NCBI GenBank assembly: GCA_013239625.1
Contig: MU054001.1
Coordinates: 2,052,151 to 2,116,150, forward strand
From: Lama guanicoe
Taxonomy: Eukaryota
Length of the DNA stretch: 64,000 nt
Reading direction: 5' to 3'
Position numbers and translations under genes: made by a program. The notes under the pieces were generated by a model. It did not search any database and was not told where the DNA came from. It was given only the letters and a program-made list of their open reading frames with translations. Below, piece after piece: positions 26,401 through 39,224 of this stretch; position 1 is the first letter of the stretch, and every line of letters begins with the position of its first letter.

Positions 26401-27573
26401 AAATTCAGCAGTGCCGTGATTCACAGATGCATATTCTCTGTGATCCAACATGTCTAATACATTTAGTCATGCACAATAAAAACCAAACAAAAGAATCAAC
26501 GATTGGCCTTTCACTGCCCGCTTCCCACCCCAAGCTTCAAGGAATTCCCCCAGTTATGGACACCAAAAACAAAACAGTGTGTCTCCCATCTGCCCCCTAC
26601 CCTCGACATAAGTAGGATAACTCAAAGTGCATTTGTTATAGAGAAGAAAAAGGAAAAAAAAAAAAAAAGCAGACTGCTTTGTTTACCTTCCTGTGCTAAC
26701 TGCTTGCACTTCTCTCTTCCGGAAGTGCAATTTGGCAGCAAGCTGATCTCATTCTGTAAAGAGAATTCTAGTGTGTCCTGACAGAGAAGTGTTAAGCTAA
26801 TGCTAGCAACAAACTTGAATTTCTGTAGTTTACAAAGTAACCAAGATCCAATCTCTTGCCCATTTCAAAAGTCCACCAGCTAAACTAAATTCAGCTTGAT
26901 TAAGATCCTCCTTCAGTTTTAGGGCAAAGGCACACCCACTGAATCTCCAAGTGTTTGGTTTGTACACACTAGGCTGTTGTTCATTCATTTAAGAGTAAGA
27001 ATAAGACCCGTGTATTATGCAAAGGATGAAGACCAGATTTTTGATTTTGACTTGTTTGACTCTTGAGGATTCTAAGATACCTGACAGTCTACCGAATCTC
27101 TCTCCTTCTCATAAACTTTTTTTGCCCCCTGCCCCACCATGATGGGGGTAGGGGATGGGGTTGGTGGGCCATCAGATTTATATGTACTGTGTTTCTGGAA
27201 CTTGGTTTGCTTTCATCTGGTCATAGAAACTCAAGCTTTCTCTGTCTAATTCTGCTCTGACAGTTCTCTTTTGAAAGAGGTGTGGATGTAAAATGAAGCT
27301 ATTGATTTTATTTTATAGGAGCAAAGAGAGAGAGAGAGAGGTTCTACTTTGTGGGGCCACAATGCCATCTTTGTTTTTCTTTGGGCAATTGCCTTTTTAG
27401 TCTACTTTACTTTTATGTGTGTATGGATTTATTTGGGGTGATGTAGTTTAGAGCAAGCAAGAGCAAACCTGTAGTGATTGCCTGAGAAGTCCATGTAAGA
27501 TGGGCGATTTGATGGCTTAACAGTAGATGTAGAATGTCCAGACAGAAAACTTGGCAATCGTGCTGTTCTAGTT

Positions 27574-27756
27574 CAGTGGTTTGTAATGAGGGGTGATTTT
27601 GTCCCCTGGGGGACACTTGGCAATGTCTGGAGACAGCTTTGTCACAACTATAAAAACCAGGGATGCTGCTACACATTCTACCACACACAGGACAGCTCCC
27701 ACCACAAAGACTTATCCTGCCCCAAATGTCAATCGTGCCAAGGTTGAGAAACCCTG
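27574..27756 (-). mobile_element. MER20 (hAT-Charlie)
   Basis: cagtggtt...aaatgtcaatcgtgccaaggttgagaaaccctg; 8-bp flanks ttctagtt / ctctagat fit a hAT TSD. Confidence 0.9.
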
Positions 27757-28534
27757 CTCTAGATCAGCTCTCACCTAGAAGACTGTGTCTGGCTCTGAAT
27801 CTAATACTTTAGTAAAAATCTTGCCAATCTGGAGCTCGTCCCAGGAGGGTGACCAGAAAGTGGAGTACTTGAAATGGGTATCCAACAGGATAAAGAGAGA
27901 GGGACCAAGACAGCTTGATCTAGGGAAAAGGAGGCTCAGAAGACATAGATGTTTGTTCTCTTACTTCATAGACCAAACTGAACAAACTCCAGAGGGACAT
28001 AGATTTTTGGCTTAACATATGGAAGCCATTTTTAACAATCAGAGTTACCTGGGAGTAAAATAGGCTCCCTTGTGAAATAATGAGTTCCTGTTACTGAATT
28101 GAAGTTGATGCCACTAGCATGTAAGTTCCCTGAGGGCAGCTGGACATCCCCCAGGGACTGGCACAGAACTCAAGACATAGTAGAACCTCCTAAATGGCCA
28201 CGGAATGAGCTGTACTGAATTTGTCAAAGACATTTAAGGATAGGAAGACTCTATTTCTGTTTTTGGTTTGGCCTCATATTTCTTAGCTAAACCCCAGGAA
28301 AAATATTACCTAAATTTTTAGGTAACGGAAACTAGAACTGAGAACCAGCAGAACTCAATAAAATAATGTAGCGCTTCATTTGGGGAATTCATTATCAGAG
28401 AATCTGAATCCATATAAAAACCATTGATCGACATGAAATGGGTGTCCCGCTTTCAATAACTCCAATGTAGTAGATAATCTGTAGGATATATATTTTGAAT
28501 GTTTTATTAAAGTATAGCATACAAACAGAAGTCC

Positions 28535-28881
28535 ATGTGAGACAAGGCTACAGTTTGTTCAACTAATTGAGATGTTGCTTTGAAGGTATTTCGCAGATGT
28601 GTTTAGCATCTATAATCAACGTACTTTATGGAAGGAAAATTTTCCTGATAATCTAGGTGGACCAGATCTAATCAGTTGAAAGGACTTATGAACAAAACTG
28701 AAGTTTCCTTGAGGAAGGAGCAATTAAGCTTGTGAACAACAGCATCTGTTCCTGCTCCAGAGTTTCCAGCATGCCCAGGTAGCCTGCCCTATGAATTTTG
28801 GATTTGCTTGGCCAACTCCCACAGTTGTGTAAGCCAGTTCCATGTAATAAATCTTTTTCTGGTGGAACCTTGATTGACACA
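28535..28881 (+). mobile_element. ERVL LTR (MLT2D/F-like)
   Basis: ctaatcagttgaaaggac...gtgtaagccagttcc...aataaatc...ggaaccttgattgacaca. Confidence 0.75.
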
Positions 28882-29574
28882 CACGGTTACACACTAGTCA
28901 CAGGCAGCCCTGGCCCTTAGAACAAGGGGGAAAAATGCTTCTGGTAGACAACCAGCATGCAAAAAGGAAAGAGAGAGGAAGACTATGCATTTACAATTTC
29001 TTCTGCCCACTTTCCCTCATCTGGGGGAACAGGGGACTAGAGACAGAACAGGAGTGTTACACTAAATAGATTCCTCCTGACAGAAGAAAACTTTATGAGT
29101 CTCTCTCACTCCTTGAAACACTTGATGAAAAGCAAAGATGATCAGTAGCTGGAAGAGAAAATTTCATTTCACATGCTCACATTATAACAAGTTTGAATAT
29201 TAGCTCTGCCTTATTTTACCAGCTGAAGTACCTTTGATGAAATTACTGACTTTGGTCAAATTATTCACTGAAGGAACTCAAATTTCAAATTTGTCTTCAT
29301 TCACGCTATAGTACTTTGTTTGGAATGCTACTCATTATATTACAATCCAATAAGATGTGAATTGTAATCCAAACTTTCAAACAATTGTTTAACTAAGCCT
29401 AAGACATTGGAGTGCAAACACTTGTGTAATACATTTTAGTTCAAATCTGGTCCAATTTTTTATATACTGTCTGTCCTACATAAGAAACTGTGTATTACAG
29501 TGTCTAGAGTAACATCCATATGTTTTTCTTTTTAGGTCTCCATTATTTCTGTACATTGCTCATTAGTGTGATAA

Positions 29575-29790
29575 TTAAAAATGAGGCTCTGGAGTCAGAC
29601 CAGATTTTAAATTGTACTTATGCCTCCTATTGGTTGTGTGTCCTTGGGTAAATTAATCTCTCTGAGCTTTGGTTTCCACAAAGGGGGGAAATAGGGAAAA
29701 TAATTGTACTTTGCTTAGAGGGGGATGGTGAGGAGGTAAATGAAATAATATAGGTAAAGTGCTCTGTGGGACATCTGAACAGAGTTGACA
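29575..29790 (+). mobile_element. MIR SINE
   Basis: ggctctggagtcagac...tgtgtgtccttgggtaaattaatctctctgagc. Confidence 0.8.
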
Positions 29791-30095
29791 TTTGAAATCC
29801 ATGCATTTTGTTGTTTATTTTCATTCTCTCCTGAAACACCACTAAAGTGAAGTGTTTTGTTTTGAGTAAATGAATGGGAGGGGAGATGGCAGCAACACAT
29901 TTTTGGAGACCAATAGCAGATACGTGGGTTGGTAACCAACTTAGCACACTTGAGAAAATGGAACCTCAAGCCTGCAGTGTGAAAAGCTAAAAATCAACCT
30001 GATTTAAACCACAGACCCAAAGGCTTGGAGTAAGGAACACAGATGGGGTGAAGCAGGGGATCAGAGTCCAGGAGGACTGGTTGAAAGCCTGTTTC

Positions 30096-30699
30096 CTTCT
30101 AATTCAAAAAGGTACATGCACCCCAATGTTCATAGCAGCCCTATTTACAATAGCCAAGACATGGAAGCAATCTAAATGTCCATGTACAGATGAACGGATA
30201 AAGAAGTTGTGGTGTATACATACAATGGAGCACTACTCAGCCATAAAACAGAATAAAATAATGTCATTTACAGCAACATGGTTGAACCTGGAGATCGTCA
30301 TACTGAGTGAAGTAAGCCAGAAAGAGAAAGAAAATTACCATATGACATTGCTTATATGTGGAATCTAATAAAAGAACACAAATGAAATTATTTACAAAAC
30401 AGAAACAAACTCACAGACGTAAAAAACAAAACTTACGGTTACTAGGGGTCAAGGTTTGGGGGCAGTGGAGGGATAAATTGGGAGTTTGGGATTTATGGAT
30501 ACTAACTATTATATATAAAATAGATAAACAATAAGGTCCTACCATATAGCATATAATGAAAAAGCCTATAATTGTAATAGCCTATAATGAAAAAGAATAG
30601 GAAAAGACATATATATGTATAACTGAACCACTAAGTTGTATACCAGAAACTAACACAACATTGTAAACCGACTGTTCCGTTAAAAAAAAAGAAAAAAAA
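30096..30699 (+). mobile_element. 5'-truncated lineage-specific L1 (ORF2 C-terminus, 3'UTR, poly-A)
   Basis: ORF 30048-30368 contains TCTPMFIAALFTIAKTWKQSKCP...MEHYSAIK; 13-bp TSD gaaagcctgtttc / gaaaacctgtttc (30083-30095, 30700-30712); TT/GAAA target site. Confidence 0.95.
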
Positions 30700-31029
30700 G
30701 AAAACCTGTTTCAGAACAGTTCCAGCCTCAAATCTCCTCCCTCATGGCATATAGATAGACAGCTGTCCCTCCTTCATCCCAACAAGAGAGCAGATGTTTA
30801 CTCACTGGAGAGGTTAAAACAGAGGGTCTCTGGATTGGGAGACCCCAGTCATTCCTGAAGGTGGGGTTACCTTCAGGGTTTAAGTAAACAAATGCATTCT
30901 GGTTGCTAAGACCCCCCGCCAACTCTCCCTTTACTCAGTTTTCGGAAGTGATATCTGGCCTTTTTCCTTTCTAGGAGCTGGGCAGAATCCTTCCCAGGAA
31001 ATCTGATCTGCTTTGTAGATGTTTTGCAA

Positions 31030-32495
31030 TGAAACAACCCAGCCAGATCATCTAGTGAAGCTGACAGTCAGTATGTCCCACTCAGAGCTTCTGATCTGTT
31101 TTTTCTCCTCACTCTTAAATACAGCAGACAACTGGACTACCAGACATAAGATAAAGCTTAAACATTGATAGATAGAAATAAAAATAAGCCACAACAATAA
31201 TAAAACAATCTGGTAAAAAAAAATGGAGACCATTCAGGGAAAAGAAATTAAGAAAGAAAAATTCCTTTTATTATTGTATGCATAAAGCAAGAACAGGTTG
31301 CTTTAAAAAAGGAACATTTAGAAAACAAAATAGGACTCTCAATTGTTATGAATGAGAGCAGAAATGAGAAATTCAACAGAATAGTTTGAGAATTAAGTTG
31401 AGGAAAAGATTAAGCCAAGAAAATCTGGAAAAGTAGAGTAAAAAGGTGAGATGATAGAGAGGAAGAAAATTGAAAGAACCAGTCCAGGAAGTACAATATT
31501 CAAACAGTGGGAGTTTCAGAAAGTGAACATGGAGGGAGAGAGGATTGAAGCTAACCTATCCACCAAGTATGGGAGTGGAATGAAGATGTTTTTTGTAAGG
31601 AACATTTAAACAATTTTTATTTCCAACTGTCCTTTCTCAGAAGCTACTGAAGGATCTGTTCCACACAAAAGAGGGAGAGGCAAAGGGATTCCATAGGAAG
31701 ATGTTGAGGGGACATCCCAGGAGAGTAGCTGTGCACCAGGCTCAGAGGGTCGCAAGTTCAGGTGGGAGCCAATCAGGGACCTCCAGGAAATTTTGCTGCC
31801 AGAATAGGAAATCGATAGAATATCTGATCATCTAAATACTTTAGAAAGAGATTTAGACAAAAGAGAGTTTGGAGTTGAATTAGTGACAGATTCACAGAGA
31901 ACAAAACAAACACGAAAACAAGACAGTTGTCTCTAGGGAAACTAAAATTTGTACAGCAAAGAAACACAGTCATTAGTTTTCTCATGACTCAGCTGTGAGC
32001 AGCGTTTACACAGCCGTCATATCAACACTGAATATGGATCTAGCAAAATTACAAACTAGTTGGGAAGCTGGGAGAGTGGAAAAGTATATTGGGAAGGGTG
32101 TGGTGAAGGGCAGGGGAATAAATAAAACCTTGATTGTTATTACTGATAGAAGAAAGTCAACAGATAATGTCTAAATAAAGAACTGATAATAAGGATATTG
32201 TTTGGAGATGTGAAGGTAAATACGCAAATAATCTCTTCACAGATTTGGAAATGGTGGCCTGTGGGAAGACAGAAGTGAGGTGAAGGGGGAGAGTTGCTGA
32301 GTTTTGTATAAACTTGTATAACTCTTTGACTCTTTATTTTTTAAATTATTATTATTTTAATGTAGGTACTGAGCACTGGACCCAGGACCTCATGCGAGCG
32401 AAGCATGAGCTCTACCACTGAGCTATTTCCCTTCGCTCTTTGACTCTTTAAATATGTACATTCATATCTTTGATAAACATGAAATTTAAAAAGTC
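31030..32495 (+). mobile_element. Ancient HAL1-like (half-L1) element, degenerate
   Basis: A-rich ORF1-like remnant (ccagtccaggaagtacaatattcaaacagtgggagtttcagaaag) followed by cctttctcagaagctactgaaggatctgttccac...tcccaggagagtagctgtgcaccagg, which I recall as HAL1-type; no ORF2 motifs seen. Confidence 0.6.
32337..32435 (-). mobile_element. tRNA-Ala-derived SINE (vic-1-like)
   Basis: Homologous to 4188-4316; 15-bp TSD ctctttgactcttta (32322-32336, 32436-32450). Confidence 0.9.
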
Positions 32496-32734
32496 TTAGC
32501 ACTGTGCCTGTTGTGTAATGAGTCTCCAATAATCAGCTCTTATCATTAATTTTATGACCCCTCGTGTATCAGTCCTGAGCAGATATGAAAGGAGAAACTT
32601 CCTTGATGCAGAACAGTTCCATCTCTGGGTTAGGTCTAAGCCGTGTTCTTCATGTTGATCTGACTGTTGAATTTCAGTGACGTTGTGGAACCCTACACCT
32701 GGGGAAGTAAAAGGGAACAAGCAAAACACATTAT

Positions 32735-32945
32735 TGAGTTCCAGCTTGGTGTCCGGGATGGTGCACTCATCTACATGATCTCATTTACCCTTAAGACCAC
32801 CCGGTGCTATAAGTGTTGTCATCTTCATTTGACAGTTGAGGACACTAAGTCTCAGAAAATGTAGGTAAAGTTGCCCTTCGTCATGCAGTAAGAGAAGAGT
32901 GAATCTGAGCGTTGAGCTCAGCCTTAGGGCCTCAGTCCATGCTCC
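32735..32945 (-). mobile_element. MIR SINE
   Basis: catgatctcatttacccttaag...cattttgacagttgaggacactaagtctcaga. Confidence 0.65.
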
Positions 32946-33559
32946 CCACTCACCATCTCCATTCATTTCGGAAAGTATACTTAGGCAAAATCTTGGATGA
33001 CAGTTTCACAATAGAAGAAGAAGGAACTCTGGATCTTTGGAGGACAGGTGTAACTGGCAAGGTCTAGCTGTGTTTTCTCTTGTCAGAAGCTGACCCCTAG
33101 GCCGGATGCCCCGGAAGCTGACCCAGCAGGCTGCCCTTCTGTTCTTGTGGCTTATAGAGTGTCCAGTCTTGCCAACTCCAGACCCACAGAACCAGTCCAC
33201 CGTTTGCTTAATTTTTTAGATTTCTCCTGATGGAACAACTTGGTCTCTTTCCCTCCTGGTGAGGTAGGTGAAGGCTGAATGTAAACAGAGCCTTTCTTTT
33301 TCCAGTTCAAAATGTGGAGATAGAGTTGAAGCCAACAGCTTGAGTAAAAAGGGTGGCAGTGGGTTAATTAAATCACTGGAGAATGGAGTGGTGGAGTGAG
33401 AGCCTGAAAACAAGGGTCCCACATTGGGATTTTTCTGACTTCACCCCAGTCCAGGGGGTCAGAACTGGTGCAGTCAGAATTTGGGATGACCAGTAACCTT
33501 GGGCATCCCTGGAGTTGCCCTGGGATAGATGCCTATTGTAGAAAATTTGGAACATGCGG

Positions 33560-34050
33560 CCAAGAACTGTATCGGTTGGGGTATGCGTGGGAAAGTGACG
33601 GCACACTCACAAAGGCTAAGAGGGTACGTTTACTGCACGGGCCTTTTTACAAAGGAGTGGGTAGGAGCAACAAAGTGATGAGATGCTCCTGGCCAGCAAC
33701 ACTAAGGAGCTATTACCACCTGCAAGCCTGAAGGGGCTTTTGGAAAGGGAGAGTTCACCAGACGCTAGAGAGTTACAGGCATATTAGAGAGCTTTGGACA
33801 GAACTGAGACTACAGGTGAAGGGATAAATACCTCCCAACCTGTGCTGGCAAGCGTGAGCGCTGGGAATAAATACCCCAGTGTCACTCTCCTCCTATCCTC
33901 TGATCACCTGCTGGTGTCTTCCCTTGGATGAACCCAACTAGAAGCTAGAGGACAAGGGAATATGTTAGTATAGCCCCCTTAAGGCTCAGCTTCCAGGGAC
34001 ACAGAGCAGAGTGGAAATGGGTGGAGAGTGGGTTTGGAGAGGGGAAAAAA
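33560..34050 (-). mobile_element. ERVL LTR (LTR33-like)
   Basis: cactctcctcctatcctctgatcacctgctggtgtcttcccttggatgaacccaactagaagctagaggacaaggg. Confidence 0.6.
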
Positions 34051-35221
34051 GGAGACCACTCAACAGAAGCATAAAAAATAAAAGTCACCCACGAGCCCCA
34101 GCCCGTGTAACTTCGGTGCCTGCCCTCTTAACCGTGTCTTGATGATTGCTTTGGCTGTCCTCCTCTCTGTGGATCCTTGCCACGCTGTAGATCCAGTGCT
34201 CCGAATGGTGCCAGCTCTCTTCTCAAGGAGACAAGCACTCATAGCGAGTATATTTTTACTGTGAAGACATCTGCACCTTCTCGCCAGCCAAAAATAACAT
34301 ATGGAAATGTTTCCCACATTTTCACCAGGGGGCACTCACTCCTTTCCCATGGATGGCTAGAAATATTTTTTTGGAAGCATTTGCTGGCCAAAATAGAATC
34401 CTTTTTGTAGCCACGATGGATGTTGGAATCGGCTCCGTCCTGAAGTAATTTCTGGGCCAAACAATGTTTCTGTTTAAAATAATATGACTGGACTCCGAGT
34501 GTGTCTTCTTAGTAAATGTTTAGATCCAACTTGCATGTTCCATTTGGAGAATGTTTTGGGTCTAAACACTGCCTCACTCTTCTCCCATTGAAATGAGCAA
34601 AACCAAGAAGACATTGAGAAGATAATTCACATGTTTAATTTGTATAACTTTTCAGGGCCGAAAGCCCAACAAATCAAAGCATGTGAGCAGACCCTCTCTT
34701 TGGGGACTGCCTTGTAACCCATCCCTGTGATTCGTCCTGATGGATAAAAGGAGGCTTCCTGGGGGAAACATGTTTTCTCGAGTATTAATTCTCCCGAATG
34801 GAAAGGCATTTATTTGGTATCATATCAATCCTGTTTAGCTATTAGGTATGAAAGTGACACACTCTTTGTCAAAGGAACCATGCATATCGTTAAGTAATAA
34901 TGCAGTGTGTGGGGAGCGGATGGGAGACCTCAGATACGTATTTCTAAAAATCTCCTAAAAAGTGTGGCTCGCGTTCGAAACCTGATGAAAATAATTACAG
35001 AACTCTAATTCTTTTTATGTGAGCATTATAATTACAGGGAAATATAAAGCCATATTAAAATATGCAGATTGGACAACGATAGGAAAAAGTGGGTCTTGTT
35101 TCACTATTGGAGTCTCCTTATAGAGACTATTTGGTGTATCACTAAATCAATCAATAAAAGGGATAGATTAACATTGGCTTCTTCTGTTAAAAAACAAACA
35201 AACTCTTTTCCTGAAATGTAT

Positions 35222-35465
35222 AGACAGTATGCTAGAATGAGTAAGAGCAAAAGTTTTGGCATAAAGTCAATCTGGATTTGAATTTCGACTCCACCATTTT
35301 TTATCTCTAGGACCTTGGAGAAGTCCTTGGGAAAACCCCTTGAGCATTAGTTTTCTAATATACAGAACGGGGGACCTTATGGTATTTATTTAATAGGACT
35401 GATGTCAAGATTAAGAAGACAACACAAGTGTCTGGCACATAAAACACTCAGTACTTAATGGATAT
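35222..35465 (+). mobile_element. MIR SINE
   Basis: tctggatttgaatttcgactccaccattt...gaccttggagaagtc...gtgtctggcacataaa. Confidence 0.7.
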
Positions 35466-36960
35466 TATCATTATTTTTTATAATAAAATCATCACATCAG
35501 AAATTTAGAGATCATACATCATAGAGAAATCATCAGATGAGTTGAAATAACTCTTTGCTGGACTTTGTTTTTTTTTTTTTCTGTTCCCCAATTAATTTCA
35601 GTAGCCAGCTATGGTAGCGCTAATTAGTTATTTAAAAAACAACAGCTGTTTGACTGAATTTACTGTCATAAAACATAGGTTCCTAAGACTGGGAGGACTA
35701 ACAGATTCATCTCATCCAAACGTCTTTTAGGCTGAAGGGGATTATTTTTAAACATCTTCAAAGTAAAGCTGATTGTCTGCATAGCCATAAATTGAAAGCA
35801 TAGGCAAATAATTGCAGTTTCTTATGGATTCAAAAATTCTAATTGAGATGTTACCTCTTTCCTGAAAAAAATCAGTGAGAGGAAGAGTGATTTCTTTTTA
35901 CTTGCTGTATTCCAGCTGACTATTAAGTTTATTTTCACTGCTTTCTGTGGACTTTTGAAACATGCTCAGGAGTCCCTTAATTTAGGCTTTTCATGGAAAA
36001 TTAGAAAGGAAATTTGATTGTAGAATTCGCTTATGTAGCATGGAAAATAAAACAAGAAGATCAAAGCTATCAGGGCCATCGATGCTGGCTGATTGATCTG
36101 CTTAAATAGTGTTGATTCACTTGAACATGCCCTTGTCCTGCAGCATGTATTGAGCAGAACGAGGTTTTTCTGGGGTTTGCCCAGTTGGTGGTCGCGCTTT
36201 TATGTGCTTCTGGCCCAGACGGTCTCATCTTAAACAGATATGAATCCTGGGCTCACTTATTTTTGTATTAGAAAAAGCAAGAAGAGAACAATAGAATGGT
36301 CCAAGGTTGATTTTTATTTTCTTCGTCATTACCTACTATGTCCAAAAGTTTCTCATATTCTAGTCCTGTTTGACCGTCCATTCTGTTTTGCTATTATAGG
36401 TGTTAGGGAATCCACTCACAGAAAATATGTGCTTCCATCGCAACGCTTCTGTCTGTCCTTCGGGTAGACATGCCCTTTCTCAACTCTGGGTCTTAGCACA
36501 GGTTATTTCCTTTGCCTGGAACACCTTTCCTACCCATCCTGTATTTGGTTAGCTCCTATGTAATTTTCAAGTTTCACCTTCCTCCAGAAAACCTTCTGTG
36601 TCTTTTCAAACCCAGGTTAGGTGTCTTTCCTGCTGTGTTCCCTTGTGTGTCCTAAGAAGCATCACGAATGTTTCTTGCTGTGTTCCCAATGCCCATCTGC
36701 TGGCTTGTGGCTCCCTCTGGACTGTGAGCTCTCTGAAGGGACTGTTGGTATCTCTGACTCACTAGTTGAGTGCTTCATATATACTAGGTGCTCAGTAAAG
36801 CGGTACTTTCTGATGTTCAGATATGCAGACTGAACTTTTCTACTCACTTTTGCTGACTGAGTTAACATATGGTGTCAAATGTCTCAAATTTTTCAAAGTT
36901 AAAAACTCAAAGTCTGGTTGATTTATTTTATAAGTAAATATTCTGCACACTATCTGTATA

Positions 36961-37467
36961 CAGATTTGCCTTGATTTATGATGGAGTTACATCCCAATCA
37001 ACCCACCAGAAGCTGAAAATAACATGTCAGAAATGCTTTTAATATATCTAACCTACTGAACATCATAGCTTAGCCTAGCCCACCTTAAATGTGCCCAGAA
37101 CACTTATATTAGCCTACAGTTGGGCAAAATCATCTAACACAAAGCCTATTTTGCAATAAAGTGTGGGGTATCTCATCTAATATATTAAATGCTGTACTGA
37201 AAGTGAAACACAGAATGATTTTGTGGGTACAGAATGGTTGTCAGTGTGTAGTTGTTTACCCCTGTGACTGTGGGACTGGCTGGGAGCTGTGACCCCCCCC
37301 TGCTGCTACCCAGCATCACTAAAGAGGATTGTACCACTTACGGATAGTCTGGGAAAAGATCCAAATTCAAAATTTGAAGTATGGTTTCTACTGAATGTGT
37401 ATTGTTTTTGCAAAAGGGTAAAGTGAAAAAATCCTAAGTTGAACCGTTGCAAGTTGGGGACTGTCTG
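36961..37467 (+). mobile_element. TcMar-Tigger non-autonomous element (MER47/Tigger5-like)
   Basis: TA|cagat...gtctg|TA termini; internal catcatagcttagcctagcc...gcctacagttgggcaaaatcatctaacacaaagcctatttt. Confidence 0.85.
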
Positions 37468-37767
37468 TACTTGAAGAGTCTTATTTAATAAAAAACAGCA
37501 CAATCTGAGTCAAAGTATTGTACCAATGTGAGTTTTCTGGTCTGGACAAGGTACCATGGCTATACAAAATGTAATCATTGGGGGAACCTTGATGATGGGT
37601 AAATGGGAACACTATTACTATTTTTGTGACTCCATGTGCATTTTAAACACTTTCGATATAAAAAATTATTTAAAAAATTATCTTTTCAACTTAAACAATT
37701 GTAAGTAGTTACAAAATTCCATAGCCCACAAATGATATTGCTTAGTATTATTAAAATGCTGTGTCTT

Positions 37768-37912
37768 ATAAGCAGCAAGGACCTACTGTATAGCACGGGA
37801 ACTATATTCAATTTCTTGTAATGAGCTGTAATGGAAAAGAAACTGAATATACACGCGCGCACACACACACACACACAGACACAGACACACACACATGTGT
37901 AACTATATATGA
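37768..37912 (+). mobile_element. L1 3'UTR fragment with (CA)n
   Basis: cagcaaggacctactgtatagcacgggaactatattcaat, homologous to other L1 3' copies in the window. Confidence 0.75.
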
Positions 37913-38506
37913 ATGGGAGAGGATCTAAATCACTGGTTTCCAGACTTTGTGGATTCATGGCACACTTTTAAATATTAGAATTTTGGCAGCCCTCTTGGAG
38001 TGATTAGGAGACTAAAAACAACATTTAAACAAATTAGGAATAATTGCAATGTGATCATTACCACAGTGTCACAATGTCTCCTAGTGTTTACAAAGCAGTT
38101 AGTGGTCGCTCTCCCACACAGCCCTGCTGTTTGAGTAGAACTGTTTACTGCTTGATGATACTCTCTTAAATACTCAACAGCTCTTGTCCATTTGACCTCA
38201 CACTTGACTCTTCGTTCACAGGATTTTGGACCATCCTTTATGTTTTCCTGTCTACTCAACTAACCTGTCTGTCAAACAGATGCTACTGCAACTCTATGCA
38301 TTTTCAGTTCTTCCCTCATTCAAAAAAAAAAAAATCACATTGGGCAAAATTTGGTTGTACCTCTGTGCCAGGCTGACAGTTCATTAGTATGTAACAAATC
38401 AATGGCTGAGAACCACTGATCTGGATACTATAGATGGAAAATCTACTTATATTCTTGGCTAATGCAAATTATTTATATAGAGTCCAGGTAAAACCCTATG
38501 TCTTTT

Positions 38507-38557
38507 ATGGAAGCAACCTAAATGTCCATCTACACGATGATTGGATAAAGAAGATGT

Positions 38558-38595
<38 letters not shown>

Positions 38596-38903
38596 ATATA
38601 CACACACTCACACACACTGAAATACTACTCAGCCACGAAAAAGAATAAAATAATGCCATTTGCATGGATGGAATTGGACATTGTCAGGATTTGCAGACAC
38701 TAACTACTATATATAAAATAGATAAACAGCAAGGTCCTACTGTATAGCACAGGGAACTATATTCAATACTTTGTAACAGCCTATAATGAAAAAGAATATG
38801 AAAAGGAATAGATATATACATTTGCATGACTGAATCACTATGCTGTACACCAGAAATTAACATATTATAAAGCAACTATACTTCAATAAAAAACAAAACA
38901 AAA
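38507..38903 (+). mobile_element. 5'-truncated L1 3' end with (TA)n expansion and an internal deletion
   Basis: ggaagcaacctaaatgtccatc start; (TA)n at ~38561-38592; A-rich tail at 38885-38905. Confidence 0.85.
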
Positions 38904-39224
38904 TAAATTCCTGTCTTTTGACTGTTTTAGACTCTTCCTTTTCCTTTAATTCAGCCTACACCATGCATTCTAACATGTGATTTGTAAATTTTTGTGTCAT
39001 TTTGTAATTTTTTGATAAATCTATGTTTTCTCATTCTAGTAAGAACTTGTAAGTTCCATGAAGATAGGAGAACTGTCTACTACTTCTTTAATGTCACATC
39101 TCCCTTGGCTCCCGAGTGAGTTCAATTCCAGGCTATTTCTAGATTCTAAAAATAACCACTAGGTTGAGTTATCTAGATTAGATGACTTAAACAAAGGCGG
39201 GAAAACTGTATGTATAATCATGCC

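Noticed and set aside
36123..36475. p53/p63 half-sites GAACATGCCC and AGACATGCCC
   Set aside because: Isolated half-sites about 340 bp apart; no full paired element.
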